A DNA stretch of 64,000 nucleotides from Chloroflexota bacterium (GCA_045863195.1 BTUI01000001.1:395453-459452), one strand, 5' to 3'; positions 36,809 to 47,273 are shown, numbered from the stretch's first letter. Notes: generated by a model not told the origin, from the letters alone. Numbers and translations: made by a program.

Positions 36809-37812
36809 GCGCGCCCCCCTGCCCCCGCGACCTCGCCCTTCGCCGCCTCGCGCGTCAGCGTCCGCACGCGCACGCCCTGCACCCACGCCAGCGCGAACCC
36901 GGCCACCGCGATCGGCAGCAGGACGAACACGTGGAGCACGAGGGCGAACGCCGTCCCCGCCGCCGCCGTCGCGCCGAAGCGCACCACGACCTCGCGCGCG
37001 AAGAATTCGTACGGGCCGATGCCGCCAGAGGTGCTCGGCGCGGCGATCGCCAGGTTCGCCGCGCCGCAGACGCCGAGGTACAGCGCCGGCGAGAGGTCGA
37101 GGCCAAACGACCGTCCGACCATCCAGTAGGAGGCCGCTTCGAGCAGCCAGGTGAGCAGCGTGAGCGAGAGCACCCGCGCCCACGCCCCGCCCCCGCGGAG
37201 AAGCACGAGCCCCTCCAGGAAGCGCCCGAGGACCGCCTCGACGCGCACCCGAAGCGCCCCCGGCGCGAAGCGGAGCAGGACGGCGAGCAGCGCGCGGCCG
37301 CGCGCCGGCCAGAGGCCCAGGCCCAGCACCACCAGCGTGCCGGCGCCGAAGCCGGCGGCCGCGATTGCGGCGAACACGCGCAGCGCCGGCGTGCTCCCCG
37401 CGAGCGCGACCGTGCCGGCGAGGAACAGCGCGAGGACCAGGCCGTCCAGGATGCGCTCCACGACGATCGTGCCGATCGCGGTGGCGGAGGAACCGCCGTG
37501 CCGGCGCCGGATCAGCACCGCCCGCACGACCTCGCCGGCGCGGGCGGGGAAGACGTTGTTTGCGGCGAGCCCGATCGTGACGAGCGTGGCCGCCTCGCGC
37601 GTGGTCAGCGGCACGACGGGACGGAGGATCACGGCCCAGCGCTCCGAGCGGACGACGACCGAGGCAGCGAGCAGCGCGAGCGCCGGTGCGAACCACCGCG
37701 CGTCCATCCCGCGCAGCGCGTCCAGCGTCTCCTGGCGGTCGACCTGCGCGAGCAGCAGCACGAGGAACGCCACGCTGACGGCGAGGCCGATGAGCGTGCG
37801 GGCGTGGCGCAT
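36805..37812 (-). CDS. UPF0104 / lysylphosphatidylglycerol-synthase-TM-domain-like (flippase-like) membrane protein
   Basis: 335 aa and polytopic. Family signature region (RWAVILRP ... AANNVFPARAGEVVR). ATGA overlap with the downstream FAD oxidoreductase. Confidence 0.65.
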   Translation of the reverse strand: MRHARTLIGLAVSVAFLVLLLAQVDRQETLDALRGMDARWFAPALALLAASVVVRSERWAVILRPVVPLTTREAATLVTIGLAANNVFPARAGEVVRAVLIRRRHGGSSATAIGTIVVERILDGLVLALFLAGTVALAGSTPALRVFAAIAAAGFGAGTLVVLGLGLWPARGRALLAVLLRFAPGALRVRVEAVLGRFLEGLVLLRGGGAWARVLSLTLLTWLLEAASYWMVGRSFGLDLSPALYLGVCGAANLAIAAPSTSGGIGPYEFFAREVVVRFGATAAAGTAFALVLHVFVLLPIAVAGFALAWVQGVRVRTLTREAAKGEVAGAGGRA

Positions 37813-37872
37813 GCGCGATCCTGACGGTGTGCGGGGTGGGCCCGTCCAGTCTCCGCGATCAGCCGCGCGGCG

Positions 37873-39822
37873 TCACGGCCCCGTCACCCCCACCGTCCCC
37901 CGCGGGTACAGCACCTCCGCGTCCATCGTCCCGATGCCCTCGGGCGAGCCGCGCTCGACCAGGAACTGCGCCCAGCGCCGCAGCAGCGAGCCGTCCCGCA
38001 GCCCTTCGCCGAAGGAGGCCCAGGTCGTCGCCCGGTAGCCATCCTCGCGGAACCAGTGCCGGTGGACGAAGGGGACGCCGGGCTCGTAGTCCAGGCGCAT
38101 CGGCTGGACGCGGGTGATCGTGCCCTGCACCGCCAGGAGGATGTCGTCCGGTTCGATCCCCCACTTGTTCCGCATCGAGTTCCCATCGAGGTACGTCACG
38201 TTCGTCCCGCGCAGGTACCACGCCCACGGCCAGGTGAGCGACGCGGTGGTGTCGATCACCACGCGCTGCTCCGGATCCGCCGCCAGCCGCTCCCGCAACG
38301 TGCGCGCCAGCGGCGGGACGTGGGGCGAGGTCTGCACGTAGATCATCGGCTCCACGGGCGTGTCCGGGTGCCGCACGTTCAGCCCCACGTTCGCGTGCAC
38401 CGCGAGGGCGAACGCCCCGACCACGAACGTGGCTCCCACGCCACCGAGCGCCCAGCGCCACGGCGCGCCTCGCCGCTCCCGGACCGCCGGCAGCGCTGCG
38501 CTGACCGCGCCGCCGAGCGCGTACGCCGCGAGGAAGGAGAGCGGGATCGCGAGGTGGACGGTGAGCCACGGCATCTTCTCGCCAGCGACAGAGAGCGCCA
38601 GCATCGTGCCGGCGAACCAGATCACGAGCAATGCCGCCAGCGGGTCGCGCCGCCTCGCCACCAGCCACGGCCCCGCGGCGAGCGCCGGCCAGAGGACCAG
38701 CGATTCGTAGAGCGGCAGCAGCATCACGTAGTAGAACCACGGCTGCTTCCCGCGCTCCACGTCGTGCTGCTCGATCCAGTAATCGAGCGAGGTCCAGAAC
38801 GGGCCGGCGATGCCGTCCGGGTTCGTGCCGAAGGTCGTGTACAGCAGGATCGTCACCATCATGAAGACGGCGATCGCCATCGACCACCGCGCCGCGTCCC
38901 ACAGCAACCCCACGACGGTCGCGCCGGCCCACAGCACCAGCACGGTGGTCAGCCCCACCACGAAGAGCGCATCGCCTTCCAGCGGCCCGCCGAAGCGCTC
39001 CCACGGGACACGCACCGCCGCCGCCAGCATCGGCAGCACCAGCGTGCCGAGGAGCACGAGCAGGTCGGCCTCCCTCGGCCGTTCGCGGAGGCCGAGGCGT
39101 TCACGCAGCGGGCGCAGCGGCCGCCACAGCGCCGCGAAGATCCACGCCGTGGGGATGAGCCACGCGCCGCCGAGCGCCTGGCGCCAGAGCGGCACCCGCT
39201 CGCCCTCGCGCGCGTCCCAGAACAGGCGGTGCGCTACTGCCAGGTCGAGGTAGACGAGCAGCACCGCGGCGGTGAGGTAGGCGCTCTCCTTCGTCGCGAA
39301 CGCGAACGCGGTCATCGCCGCGAACAGCAGCAGCCAGCGCTCGCGACCGTCGTCCCGGTAGCGCCAGAGCGCGATCACCTGCAGCACCGTGAACAGCGCG
39401 ATGAACGCATCCTCGCGCGCGAAGCGGGTGTAGTAGAGGACGGACGGCGAGACGCAGAGGAAGAGCGCGGCCAGCACCGTCCCCGGCCCGCCGAGCCAGC
39501 GCCGCAGCAGCAGCGGCGTCGTCACGAGCGCGGTGCCGAAGATCGCGTGCGGCCACCGCGCCATCGCGTCGCCGTCGCCGAAGAGCCAGAAGAAGGCGGC
39601 CATGATGTGGAACTGGAACGGGCCGTGCATCAGCGGGTTGTGGCGGTAACCGTCCCCCTGCGCGAAGTAGTACGAGTACGTCGCGTGCAGCGACTCGTCG
39701 TGGTGCAGTGCGCGCACCTCGAGGCCCACGATGCGCATGACGAACGCCGTCGCGGCGATCGCGATCACCGCCCAGCCCACGCGGTCGGGACGGAGCGAGG
39801 CCCACGGGACGCGCTGGATCAC
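37873..39822 (-). CDS. TIGR03663-family polytopic membrane protein (GT-C fold, ArnT/PMT-like glycosyltransferase candidate)
   Basis: GTG at 39822 overlaps the stop of the upstream DUF2298 gene (GTGA). About 650 aa. N-terminal TM bundle with a DE/HHDE motif (LHHDESLHATYSYYF) as in GT-C glycosyltransferases. Large C-terminal domain. Confidence 0.65.
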   Translation of the reverse strand: MIQRVPWASLRPDRVGWAVIAIAATAFVMRIVGLEVRALHHDESLHATYSYYFAQGDGYRHNPLMHGPFQFHIMAAFFWLFGDGDAMARWPHAIFGTALVTTPLLLRRWLGGPGTVLAALFLCVSPSVLYYTRFAREDAFIALFTVLQVIALWRYRDDGRERWLLLFAAMTAFAFATKESAYLTAAVLLVYLDLAVAHRLFWDAREGERVPLWRQALGGAWLIPTAWIFAALWRPLRPLRERLGLRERPREADLLVLLGTLVLPMLAAAVRVPWERFGGPLEGDALFVVGLTTVLVLWAGATVVGLLWDAARWSMAIAVFMMVTILLYTTFGTNPDGIAGPFWTSLDYWIEQHDVERGKQPWFYYVMLLPLYESLVLWPALAAGPWLVARRRDPLAALLVIWFAGTMLALSVAGEKMPWLTVHLAIPLSFLAAYALGGAVSAALPAVRERRGAPWRWALGGVGATFVVGAFALAVHANVGLNVRHPDTPVEPMIYVQTSPHVPPLARTLRERLAADPEQRVVIDTTASLTWPWAWYLRGTNVTYLDGNSMRNKWGIEPDDILLAVQGTITRVQPMRLDYEPGVPFVHRHWFREDGYRATTWASFGEGLRDGSLLRRWAQFLVERGSPEGIGTMDAEVLYPRGTVGVTGP

Positions 39823-42086
39823 GGCGCGACCTCCGCCGGCACCTCGTAGATGCGGGTCGCGCCGGAGGCGAACACCTGCGGCCAACCGGCGAGGCGGCCG
39901 AGGACGTCGTAGGTGTAGGTCGTGAGTTCATGGAAGCCCACGTAGACGTGGGTCACCCCGTAGCGCCGAGCCGCGGCGAGCCCCTCGGGCGTCGCGCCGT
40001 GCGTGTAGATGGCGTCCACCGCCTCGCGTCGCGCGGCCTCGTCGACCGCGCCGCGCCACTGGCGCTGGTGGCCGGGCCAGCCGAGGACCGTGGGGACGCC
40101 GGTGCTGGCGGCGAGCATGTTCCCGGTCGTGTACGACTCGCCGACCGCCTGCACCACCACCGCCCCTTCCGGATCGAGGTTCGCGCGCACCCACCGACCC
40201 GCCTCCGCGAGGCCGGGGTCCGTGCGATCAAGGTAGGCGATCGCATCGATACCGAATGCCTGCGCCTCCCGATGGCGGCTCACCAGCATCGCGGGCACCG
40301 TCAGCGCGCACGCGACGAACACGACCGCGCCGGCTCCGACGAGCGACGCCGTGAGACGCCTCGACGCCCACGCTGGCCGCTCGGCGCGCTCCACGGCGAT
40401 CCCGGCGAGCGCGCCCGCGGCGACGGCGACGATCGCCCACGCGTGGAACCAGAACTTGAACACGGTGTTGAGGCGCCCCTCGAACGCATCGTCGATGTGC
40501 ACGACCTCCGTCAGCAGCAGGACGAGCAGCGCGGCCGCGCCGAGCGCGAGCGACGCCGCGAGGCCGCGATCCCGGCGGGCGTCGGCGGCGTACGCCGCGC
40601 CCCCGAGCCACGCGACGAGCAGCGGGAGCACCAGCAGCGTCGCCCAGCCCCCGCCACGCACGGCGAACTCGCCCGGACGGCCCTGCAGGAGCATCGCCAC
40701 TGCCCACGTGAGAACGGGCAGGGCCGCGAGCAGCAGCGGGCGTCGCCAGCGCAGCGGGACGCCTCCCGCCCACGCCGCGGCGAGGACGAGCGGGAGCCCC
40801 GGCGCCAGCCAGACCGCCAGCCACGGCGCGAGGTCGGAGCGCTCGCCCGTCACGGGGGCGATCCCGACCGGCGGCGGGTCGAGGCCCTCGAGGAACGGGA
40901 ACGCCAGCAGCAGGGCGAGCCCGGCGGGGGCGGCGGCCCAGCGCACCGCGATGAAGAGCGCCTGCGCGTATGCCCAGCCCACGCGCCGCACCGCGATCAC
41001 GGCGGCAAGCCCCCACACCCCCCCGAAGGTGACCACGTCCCACAGGTTCGTCATGGCGAGCGCGGCGAAGAGCGCCCCGGTCAGCGCGAGGTCGTGCGGC
41101 CGCCGCAGCCAGCGCCGCCACGTCAGCGGGGTGTTGCCCTCGAACGTCACGAGGGCGAGCGCGACGACGGTCAGCCCGATCGGCAGCGCCATCAGGTGCG
41201 CGTGCGGGTCGCCGAGGATCAGCGTGAACGCGGGGTACTCCGAGATCGTCCCCGGCACGACGCGGGTGGTGTTCCACCACCACCAGAAGCGCTCCGGCAC
41301 GCCCGTCCGCGCACCCTCGGCGGCGGGCAGGCCCTCGATCCCCGTCCACGCCCAGTCGCGGCCGACCCCGTTCGCCGCGAGCAGGTCGATGAACCCGACG
41401 GCCGGTGCGGCGAAGAGCAGCACCGCCACCGCCACCCCGCCCGCGACCAGGCGCGCGCGACGCCTCGCCGCCCCGGCCATGCCGAGCAGGTCGAGCGCCA
41501 GGCCGGCGGCGGCGACGGCCGCGGCCGCGCCGGCGGTCGCGGTCGCGAGGTTGAAGGTGGTCGCGGGGCCGTTCCCGGAGAGCCGGCCGACCACATCCAT
41601 CGTCGTGTGGCCCAGGTGGTAGTAGGAGAGCGACGCCCCGGCGAACCACGGGTCGGGCGGCGGGAGCGTCTCCGAGCGGTGCACCGCCGTGAGGATCGCG
41701 AGGTCCATCGGCTTCTCGGTCGCCCACGCGTCCGGCGCCAGCGCCCGCACCAGCGCCAGCGCCGCGAAGAGCAGCGCCGTCGCCGCAGCGGTGAGCGCGA
41801 CCGCGCGCCAGCGAGCCCGGAGGGCGACGAGGAGCGCCGGGCGACGCCACGCGATCAGCGCCGACCACGCCCACCACGCCGCGAGCGACGCGGCGGCGAC
41901 CGGCGTGCCGTACGGCAGTACCAGCGCCCCGGCGAGCCAGGCGATGAGGCCGACCACGGCGAGGCCGAGCGGCAGCGCGTACGGGACGCCTCGGGAGGGC
42001 AGACGTTCGAAGAGCAGCGCGGACGGCAGCAGGCCGCCTCCAGCGACCAGCAGCAGCACCAGCAGCCAGGCCAGGGACTCGGTCAC
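39819..42086 (-). CDS. DUF2298 (Chlor_Arch_YYY domain, TIGR03662-like) large polytopic membrane protein
   Basis: 755 aa with more than 12 TM helices. Central conserved block (YYHLGHT ... EYPAFTLILGDPHAHLMALP). This family is typically adjacent to TIGR03663 genes in Chloroflexi and Archaea. Confidence 0.65.
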   Translation of the reverse strand: MTESLAWLLVLLLVAGGGLLPSALLFERLPSRGVPYALPLGLAVVGLIAWLAGALVLPYGTPVAAASLAAWWAWSALIAWRRPALLVALRARWRAVALTAAATALLFAALALVRALAPDAWATEKPMDLAILTAVHRSETLPPPDPWFAGASLSYYHLGHTTMDVVGRLSGNGPATTFNLATATAGAAAAVAAAGLALDLLGMAGAARRRARLVAGGVAVAVLLFAAPAVGFIDLLAANGVGRDWAWTGIEGLPAAEGARTGVPERFWWWWNTTRVVPGTISEYPAFTLILGDPHAHLMALPIGLTVVALALVTFEGNTPLTWRRWLRRPHDLALTGALFAALAMTNLWDVVTFGGVWGLAAVIAVRRVGWAYAQALFIAVRWAAAPAGLALLLAFPFLEGLDPPPVGIAPVTGERSDLAPWLAVWLAPGLPLVLAAAWAGGVPLRWRRPLLLAALPVLTWAVAMLLQGRPGEFAVRGGGWATLLVLPLLVAWLGGAAYAADARRDRGLAASLALGAAALLVLLLTEVVHIDDAFEGRLNTVFKFWFHAWAIVAVAAGALAGIAVERAERPAWASRRLTASLVGAGAVVFVACALTVPAMLVSRHREAQAFGIDAIAYLDRTDPGLAEAGRWVRANLDPEGAVVVQAVGESYTTGNMLAASTGVPTVLGWPGHQRQWRGAVDEAARREAVDAIYTHGATPEGLAAARRYGVTHVYVGFHELTTYTYDVLGRLAGWPQVFASGATRIYEVPAEVAP

Positions 42087-42116
42087 GCGCGCCTCGGTCG
42101 GTGGGTCGCGGTCAGT

Positions 42117-42518
42117 CTACGCGCTCGCCCCCGGCTGGAACGGCGGCTCGTCCTCGCGCAGCGGGCGGAAGCGGAGCGCCGACCAGGTCTCGTCCACGGC
42201 GACCTGCGTGATCGGCCGCATCCCGTGCTCCGCGACGATCGGCCAGAGCGAGTCGCGGTTGACGTCCGCGCGTCCGCCCTTCGGGTAGACGAACCACACG
42301 AGCGGCGTCGCCAGCAGCGCCTTCGCGAGGCGCTTCACCGCGGCGCGCGCGGCCGCCTGCGAGTCGACGAACACGACCGCGGCGGTCGCGCTCGCGAGCC
42401 GCGAGGTGACTGTGACTCCCTCCGGCAGGTCACCGAGGAGCGGGATGCGCGCGGCGTCCGAGCACCAGAGCGCCGCCCCCGGCTTCAGCAGCAACTTCTC
42501 GGCCGTGCTCTTCGCCAT
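42117..42518 (-). CDS. Hypothetical protein (DUF3052-like)
   Basis: 133-aa ORF in a clean 400-nt slot between ftsY and the membrane cluster. No motif recognised with confidence. Confidence 0.4.
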   Translation of the reverse strand: MAKSTAEKLLLKPGAALWCSDAARIPLLGDLPEGVTVTSRLASATAAVVFVDSQAAARAAVKRLAKALLATPLVWFVYPKGGRADVNRDSLWPIVAEHGMRPITQVAVDETWSALRFRPLREDEPPFQPGASA

Positions 42519-42533
42519 CGTGCCCTCCCCGCG

Positions 42534-43493
42534 CTACGAGGCCTCGTCGCCGAGCAGCGACGCGACGAACGCGCGCGGGTCGAACGGCGCCAGGTCGCCC
42601 TCGCGCTGGCCGACGCCGACGAAGCGGACCGGCAGGCCGAACTCGCGCGCAATCGCGAAGACGATGCCGCCCTTCGCCGTGCCGTCAAGTTTCGTGAGCA
42701 TCACGCTCGTCACCTGCACCGCCTCGGTGAAATGGCGCGCCTGAGAGAGGCCGTTCTGGCCGGTGGAGGCGTCCAGCACCAGCAGCACCTCGTCCGGGCC
42801 ACGCTCGACGTGGCGCTCGATCACCCGGCGCGTCTTCGCGAGTTCGGCCATCAGGTTCTGCTTGTTCTGTAGACGACCGGCGGTGTCGATCAGCACCACG
42901 TCATGCCCGCGCGCCTGCGCCGCGGAGATCGCGTCGAACGCGACCGCCGCCGGGTCGGCCCCCTGGCCCTGCGCGACGACATCGAAGCGCCGCCGCTCGC
43001 CCCAGGTCTGCAGTTGCTCGATCGCGGCGGCGCGGAAGGTGTCGCCGGCGGCCGCCATCACGGTGCGGCCCTCCTCCTGGTAGGCGTGCGCCAACCGCCC
43101 GATCGCGGTGGTCTTGCCGGACCCGTTCACGCCAACCACCAGCACCACCCACGGCTTCGAGGGCATCGTGGTGCCCTCAGGCAGCCCCCAGAGACGGCCG
43201 CGGGGCGCCTCCGCGCTTTCGAGGATGGCGACGAGTTCCTCTGCGAGGTAGCGGCGCACCTCGTCGGACCGGCGCGGGTTGCGGGCGCGGACGCGGCCGA
43301 GCACCTCGAACGTGGTCTCCACGCCAGCGTCGGCGCCGATCAGCACCTCCTCCAGCGTCTCCCACAGCTCTTCGGTGACGTCGGAGCCGCCGAACAGGCC
43401 GGCGACGCGGCCGAAGATCGAGGTGCGCGTGCGCTCCAGCGCTTGCTCGGTCGCCTGGTCGCTCTCCTTGCTCCGCCCGCCGAAGAGCCTCAC
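42534..43493 (-). CDS. ftsY: Signal recognition particle receptor FtsY
   Basis: 319 aa. SRP GTPase motifs (VGVNGSGKTT, DTAGR, TKLDG). N-terminal helical bundle. Confidence 0.85.
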   Translation of the reverse strand: MRLFGGRSKESDQATEQALERTRTSIFGRVAGLFGGSDVTEELWETLEEVLIGADAGVETTFEVLGRVRARNPRRSDEVRRYLAEELVAILESAEAPRGRLWGLPEGTTMPSKPWVVLVVGVNGSGKTTAIGRLAHAYQEEGRTVMAAAGDTFRAAAIEQLQTWGERRRFDVVAQGQGADPAAVAFDAISAAQARGHDVVLIDTAGRLQNKQNLMAELAKTRRVIERHVERGPDEVLLVLDASTGQNGLSQARHFTEAVQVTSVMLTKLDGTAKGGIVFAIAREFGLPVRFVGVGQREGDLAPFDPRAFVASLLGDEAS

Positions 43494-43613
43494 GCGCGAT
43501 CCTCCTGCCGGTGTCCCCGGCGTCTTCTCTGGATACGAGACGGCCCTCCGATGGTACCGGAGGGCCGTCCTGACTTCGTCCCGCGTTGGGTCGCTGTGAG
43601 GCGCGACGAGGCG

Positions 43614-46600
43614 CTATGAGGCCTTCGGGAGGGCCGCCAGCTTGAGCGACAGCACCTGGCTGGTGGAGTCGTCACCCATCGAGACGCCGTAGATCGCGTC
43701 CGCCGCCTCGATCGTGCGGCGGTTGTGCGAGATCACGACGAACTGGGAGCGCTCCCGCAGTTCCAGCAGCGTGTCGACGAAGCGGCCCACGTTCGCCTCG
43801 TCCAGCGCGGCGTCCACCTCGTCCAGCACCACCACGGGCGCCGGGTTCACGGAGAGCAGCGCGAACAGCAGCGCGACCGAGGTCATGGAGCGCTCGCCAC
43901 CGGAGAGCACCGCCATGTTGCTGATCCGCTTCCCGGGCGGCTGGGCAAAGATGTCCACGCCCGGCTCCGAGTCCGGGTCGTCCGGGTCGGACTGCACCAG
44001 CCGCAACTCCGCCTGGCCGCCGCCGAAGAAGCGCGTGAAGTAGGTGCCGAACCGCTCGTTCACCACATGGAAGGTCTCCACGAAGCGGCTGCGGATCAAC
44101 TTCTTCAGTTCACGGATCGCCTCGCGCAGTTCGACCTCGGCGGCCTCCAGGTCGGCGATCTGTGTCGTGAGGAACTCGAAGCGCTCCTGCTCCGCCGTCA
44201 GGTCCTCGAGCGCGTCGATGTTCACCGGGCCGAGCGCCTTGATCTCGGCTCGCAGTTCGGTGATGCGGCCGCGGAGCGCCTCCACGTCCACCTCCGCGCC
44301 GCCGCGGATCGGCACCGGGAGCGCGAGTTCGGACTCGGCGTCCTCAGCGTCCTCCCCGAGGTCCCCGGTGGCGGCCGGCCCCTCACCGGCCGCCTTCGGG
44401 AGCGCGCGCACGGAGCCGTCGTCCAGCACCTCCATGCCTTCCTCCGCGATCTCCCGGAGGATCCGCTGGACGCGCTCGGCGGACTGGCGCAGGCGGTTCT
44501 CGCTCTCGAGCATCTCCCGCTCGGCGGCCAGCAGGAGCCGCTGCGCGTCGCCACGGGCGGCGGCGAGCTCGCGCTCCTCCGCCGTCACCTCGGCCGCCTC
44601 GGCGTGTGCCGGGCCGATGAGCGCCTGCACCTCCTGGCGTTCCGTGCGGTTGTTCGCCTGGCGCTCGCGCCGGTCGCGGAGCGTCAGCTCGAGGTCCTCG
44701 AGTTCCTTCGCCACCGCCGCCAGCGACTCTCGCCGCTGCCGCAGTTCGTCCACGGCGACGCGACGCGCGGCCACACGCTCCTCGCGCTGGGCGATGAGCG
44801 CGCGGCGGTCCGCCTCCACCGCGGCGAGCGCCTGCGTGGCGAGCGTGACGCGCTCCGCGACGGCGTCGCGCTCGGCGCCCACGGCGGTCGAGCGGTCGCG
44901 CAGCCCCTCGAGGCGGGTCACGACCTCCGCGATGTTCGCGACGGCCGTCTCCAGGCGCTGCTCGATCTCCGGGACGCGGGTCGCCTCGTTCGGGTCGACC
45001 TGCAGCCGGCGCTCCACGCCCGTGATCTCCGACTCGATCGTCGCCTGCCGGCGTTCGAGGGCGGTACGGCGCTGGTCGTGCTGGCGGCGCGCCTCCTCCG
45101 CCTCGTCCACCGCCCTGCGGGCGGCGGCCACGGCGTCACGGGCGTCCGCGACGATCGCCTCGGCGCGCGCGACGCGGTCGCGGGCCGGGGTCACCGCCGC
45201 CTGCGCGGCGGCGATGCGCTCCGGCAGCGCCTCCAGTTCACGGTGGAGCGTGAACTGCTCCGCCGCCGCACCGGAGCGGCCGCCGTACACGGAGCCACCC
45301 GGCCGCAGCAGCACGCCGTCGCGCGTGACGACGGAGCCGAGGCCGCGCTTGATCATCGCCTCCGCGGTGCGGAGATCCTCCACCACGATCACGCGCCCGA
45401 GCAGCGTGTCGACGAGCGGCCGGTATTTCTGCTCGCACCGCACGAGGCGGGCCGCGATGCCCACGACGCCGCGCTCGTTGAACAGGTTGAGCGGGTAGCG
45501 GTGCTCCATGTCCTGCAGCGGGTAGACGGTCGCCGTGCCCTGCCCGGACTCGCGCAGGTACTCCAGCGCCTTCACCGCGTCCGCATACCGCTCCACCACC
45601 ACGGCGGTGAGGTGCTCCGCGAGCGCCGCCTCCACGGCGACCTCCAGGCCGTCCGGGACGCGGATCACCCGCGCCACGGCGTCCAGCACGCCCGCCAGCG
45701 GGTGCTCGTCCGTGCCCTCCGGCGCCGGCTCGCGGGACGCCTCCAGCAGCGCCTGCGCGCCGCCGCTCGCCGAGGGGATCGACTCCTGCAGCGCGATGAT
45801 CAGCGACTGGCGCTCTTCCAGCGCCTTCACCGCCGCCTGCGCCTCGCGCACCGCGTCCTGCGCCGCGCGCACGTCCTTCTGCGTCTCCTCCAGCCGGCGC
45901 TCTGCCGACTCGCGCCGCTCGCGCGCAGCGCGGGCCGCATCGGCCAGGCCGGCCGCCTCGCGCTGGTGCGCCTCCAGCGCCGCGATCTGCTCCGTCGCCT
46001 GGATGCGCAGCGCCTCCAGCTGCGCCGCCGCCTCCACGCGCTGCTGCTCGCGGCGCGCGGCACGCTGCCGCTCCTCCTCGATGCGGCGGCGGAGGTCGTC
46101 CCGCTCCGCTTCGAGGCGGGCGCGGCGCGTCTCCGCCTCGGACAGGTCGCGCAACACGCTCCGCGTCGCCTCGTCGGCGGAGGAGAGCGCCTCGCGCTCC
46201 CGGGCCAGGCGCGTCTGCTCTTCCGTCACGCGGCGGTCGAAGTCCGCGATCAGCGCGTCGATCGACCCGGCGTCGTCGTCCGGGATCGCGGTCGACTCGA
46301 TCGCGCGGTCGAGTTCCTCGCGGCGCTCGGCGAGCATCTGCAGCCGCTGCTGGGCGAGCGCGACGGCCTGCTCCAGCCGCAGCCCCTCCTCCGCGAGTTC
46401 ACGCTCGCGGCGCTGGAGCGCCTCCAGCCGGCCGCGTCGCTCGCCGACGACCGACTGCAACTCCCCGAGTCGCGACTCGATGCGCTGCATCTCGTCGCGC
46501 GCGACGGCGAACGCCTGCGCGTGCTGGTCGTGCGCGGAACGGGACGCGGTCTGCGCCTCCTGCGCCTGGCGCAGGTCCGCCTCGAACGTCACCTGCAGCA

Positions 46601-47273
46601 CCTCGGCGAGTTCGCCGGCGAGTTCCTGGTAGCGGGCGGCGCGCTTCGACTGGCGCTGGAGGGCGCGGAGGCGCGGCTCCACCTCGCGGATCAGCATGCG
46701 CACGTGGCCCAGGTTGTCGCGCGTCTCCACCATGCGGCGCTCGGAGAGCGTCAGCTGGTGGCGGTGGCGGCGGAGGTCCGCGGCTTCCTCGATCAGTTCG
46801 CGCCGGTCCTGCGGCTTCAGCCCGAGGACTTCATCGACGAGGCCCTGCGTCATGTGGGCGTAGGAGTTCTGGCCGACCTGCGCGCGGCGGAAGAGGTCCA
46901 CCACGTCCGTCAGGCGCACCTGCTGGCCGTTGATCAGGTACTCGTTCTCGCCCGTGCGGTGCGCGCGGCGCGTCACGGACACCTCCGAGAACTCGATGGG
47001 CATCCAGCCCTCCGAGTTGTCGAGGATGATCGTGACCTCCGCCATGCCCATGGCGCGGCGCTTGTCGGAGCCGGAGAAGATCACGTCCTCCGTCTTGCGC
47101 GCGCGGATCTGCTTCGCCGACTGCTCGCCGAGCGCCCACCGCAGCGCGTCCGCCACGTTCGACTTGCCGGACCCGTTCGGCCCGGCGATGACGGTCAGGC
47201 CCGGGCCGAACTCGAACCGTTGCCGGTCCGCGAAGGCCTTGAAGCCGTGGACTTCCATCCGTCGGAGGTACAC
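43614..47273 (-). CDS. smc: Chromosome segregation protein SMC
   Basis: 1219 aa. Walker A (GPNGSGKSN), long coiled coils, hinge, and C-terminal signature/Walker B (LSGGERSMTSVALLFAL ... VLDEVDAALD). Confidence 0.9.
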   Translation of the reverse strand: MYLRRMEVHGFKAFADRQRFEFGPGLTVIAGPNGSGKSNVADALRWALGEQSAKQIRARKTEDVIFSGSDKRRAMGMAEVTIILDNSEGWMPIEFSEVSVTRRAHRTGENEYLINGQQVRLTDVVDLFRRAQVGQNSYAHMTQGLVDEVLGLKPQDRRELIEEAADLRRHRHQLTLSERRMVETRDNLGHVRMLIREVEPRLRALQRQSKRAARYQELAGELAEVLQVTFEADLRQAQEAQTASRSAHDQHAQAFAVARDEMQRIESRLGELQSVVGERRGRLEALQRRERELAEEGLRLEQAVALAQQRLQMLAERREELDRAIESTAIPDDDAGSIDALIADFDRRVTEEQTRLAREREALSSADEATRSVLRDLSEAETRRARLEAERDDLRRRIEEERQRAARREQQRVEAAAQLEALRIQATEQIAALEAHQREAAGLADAARAARERRESAERRLEETQKDVRAAQDAVREAQAAVKALEERQSLIIALQESIPSASGGAQALLEASREPAPEGTDEHPLAGVLDAVARVIRVPDGLEVAVEAALAEHLTAVVVERYADAVKALEYLRESGQGTATVYPLQDMEHRYPLNLFNERGVVGIAARLVRCEQKYRPLVDTLLGRVIVVEDLRTAEAMIKRGLGSVVTRDGVLLRPGGSVYGGRSGAAAEQFTLHRELEALPERIAAAQAAVTPARDRVARAEAIVADARDAVAAARRAVDEAEEARRQHDQRRTALERRQATIESEITGVERRLQVDPNEATRVPEIEQRLETAVANIAEVVTRLEGLRDRSTAVGAERDAVAERVTLATQALAAVEADRRALIAQREERVAARRVAVDELRQRRESLAAVAKELEDLELTLRDRRERQANNRTERQEVQALIGPAHAEAAEVTAEERELAAARGDAQRLLLAAEREMLESENRLRQSAERVQRILREIAEEGMEVLDDGSVRALPKAAGEGPAATGDLGEDAEDAESELALPVPIRGGAEVDVEALRGRITELRAEIKALGPVNIDALEDLTAEQERFEFLTTQIADLEAAEVELREAIRELKKLIRSRFVETFHVVNERFGTYFTRFFGGGQAELRLVQSDPDDPDSEPGVDIFAQPPGKRISNMAVLSGGERSMTSVALLFALLSVNPAPVVVLDEVDAALDEANVGRFVDTLLELRERSQFVVISHNRRTIEAADAIYGVSMGDDSTSQVLSLKLAALPKAS

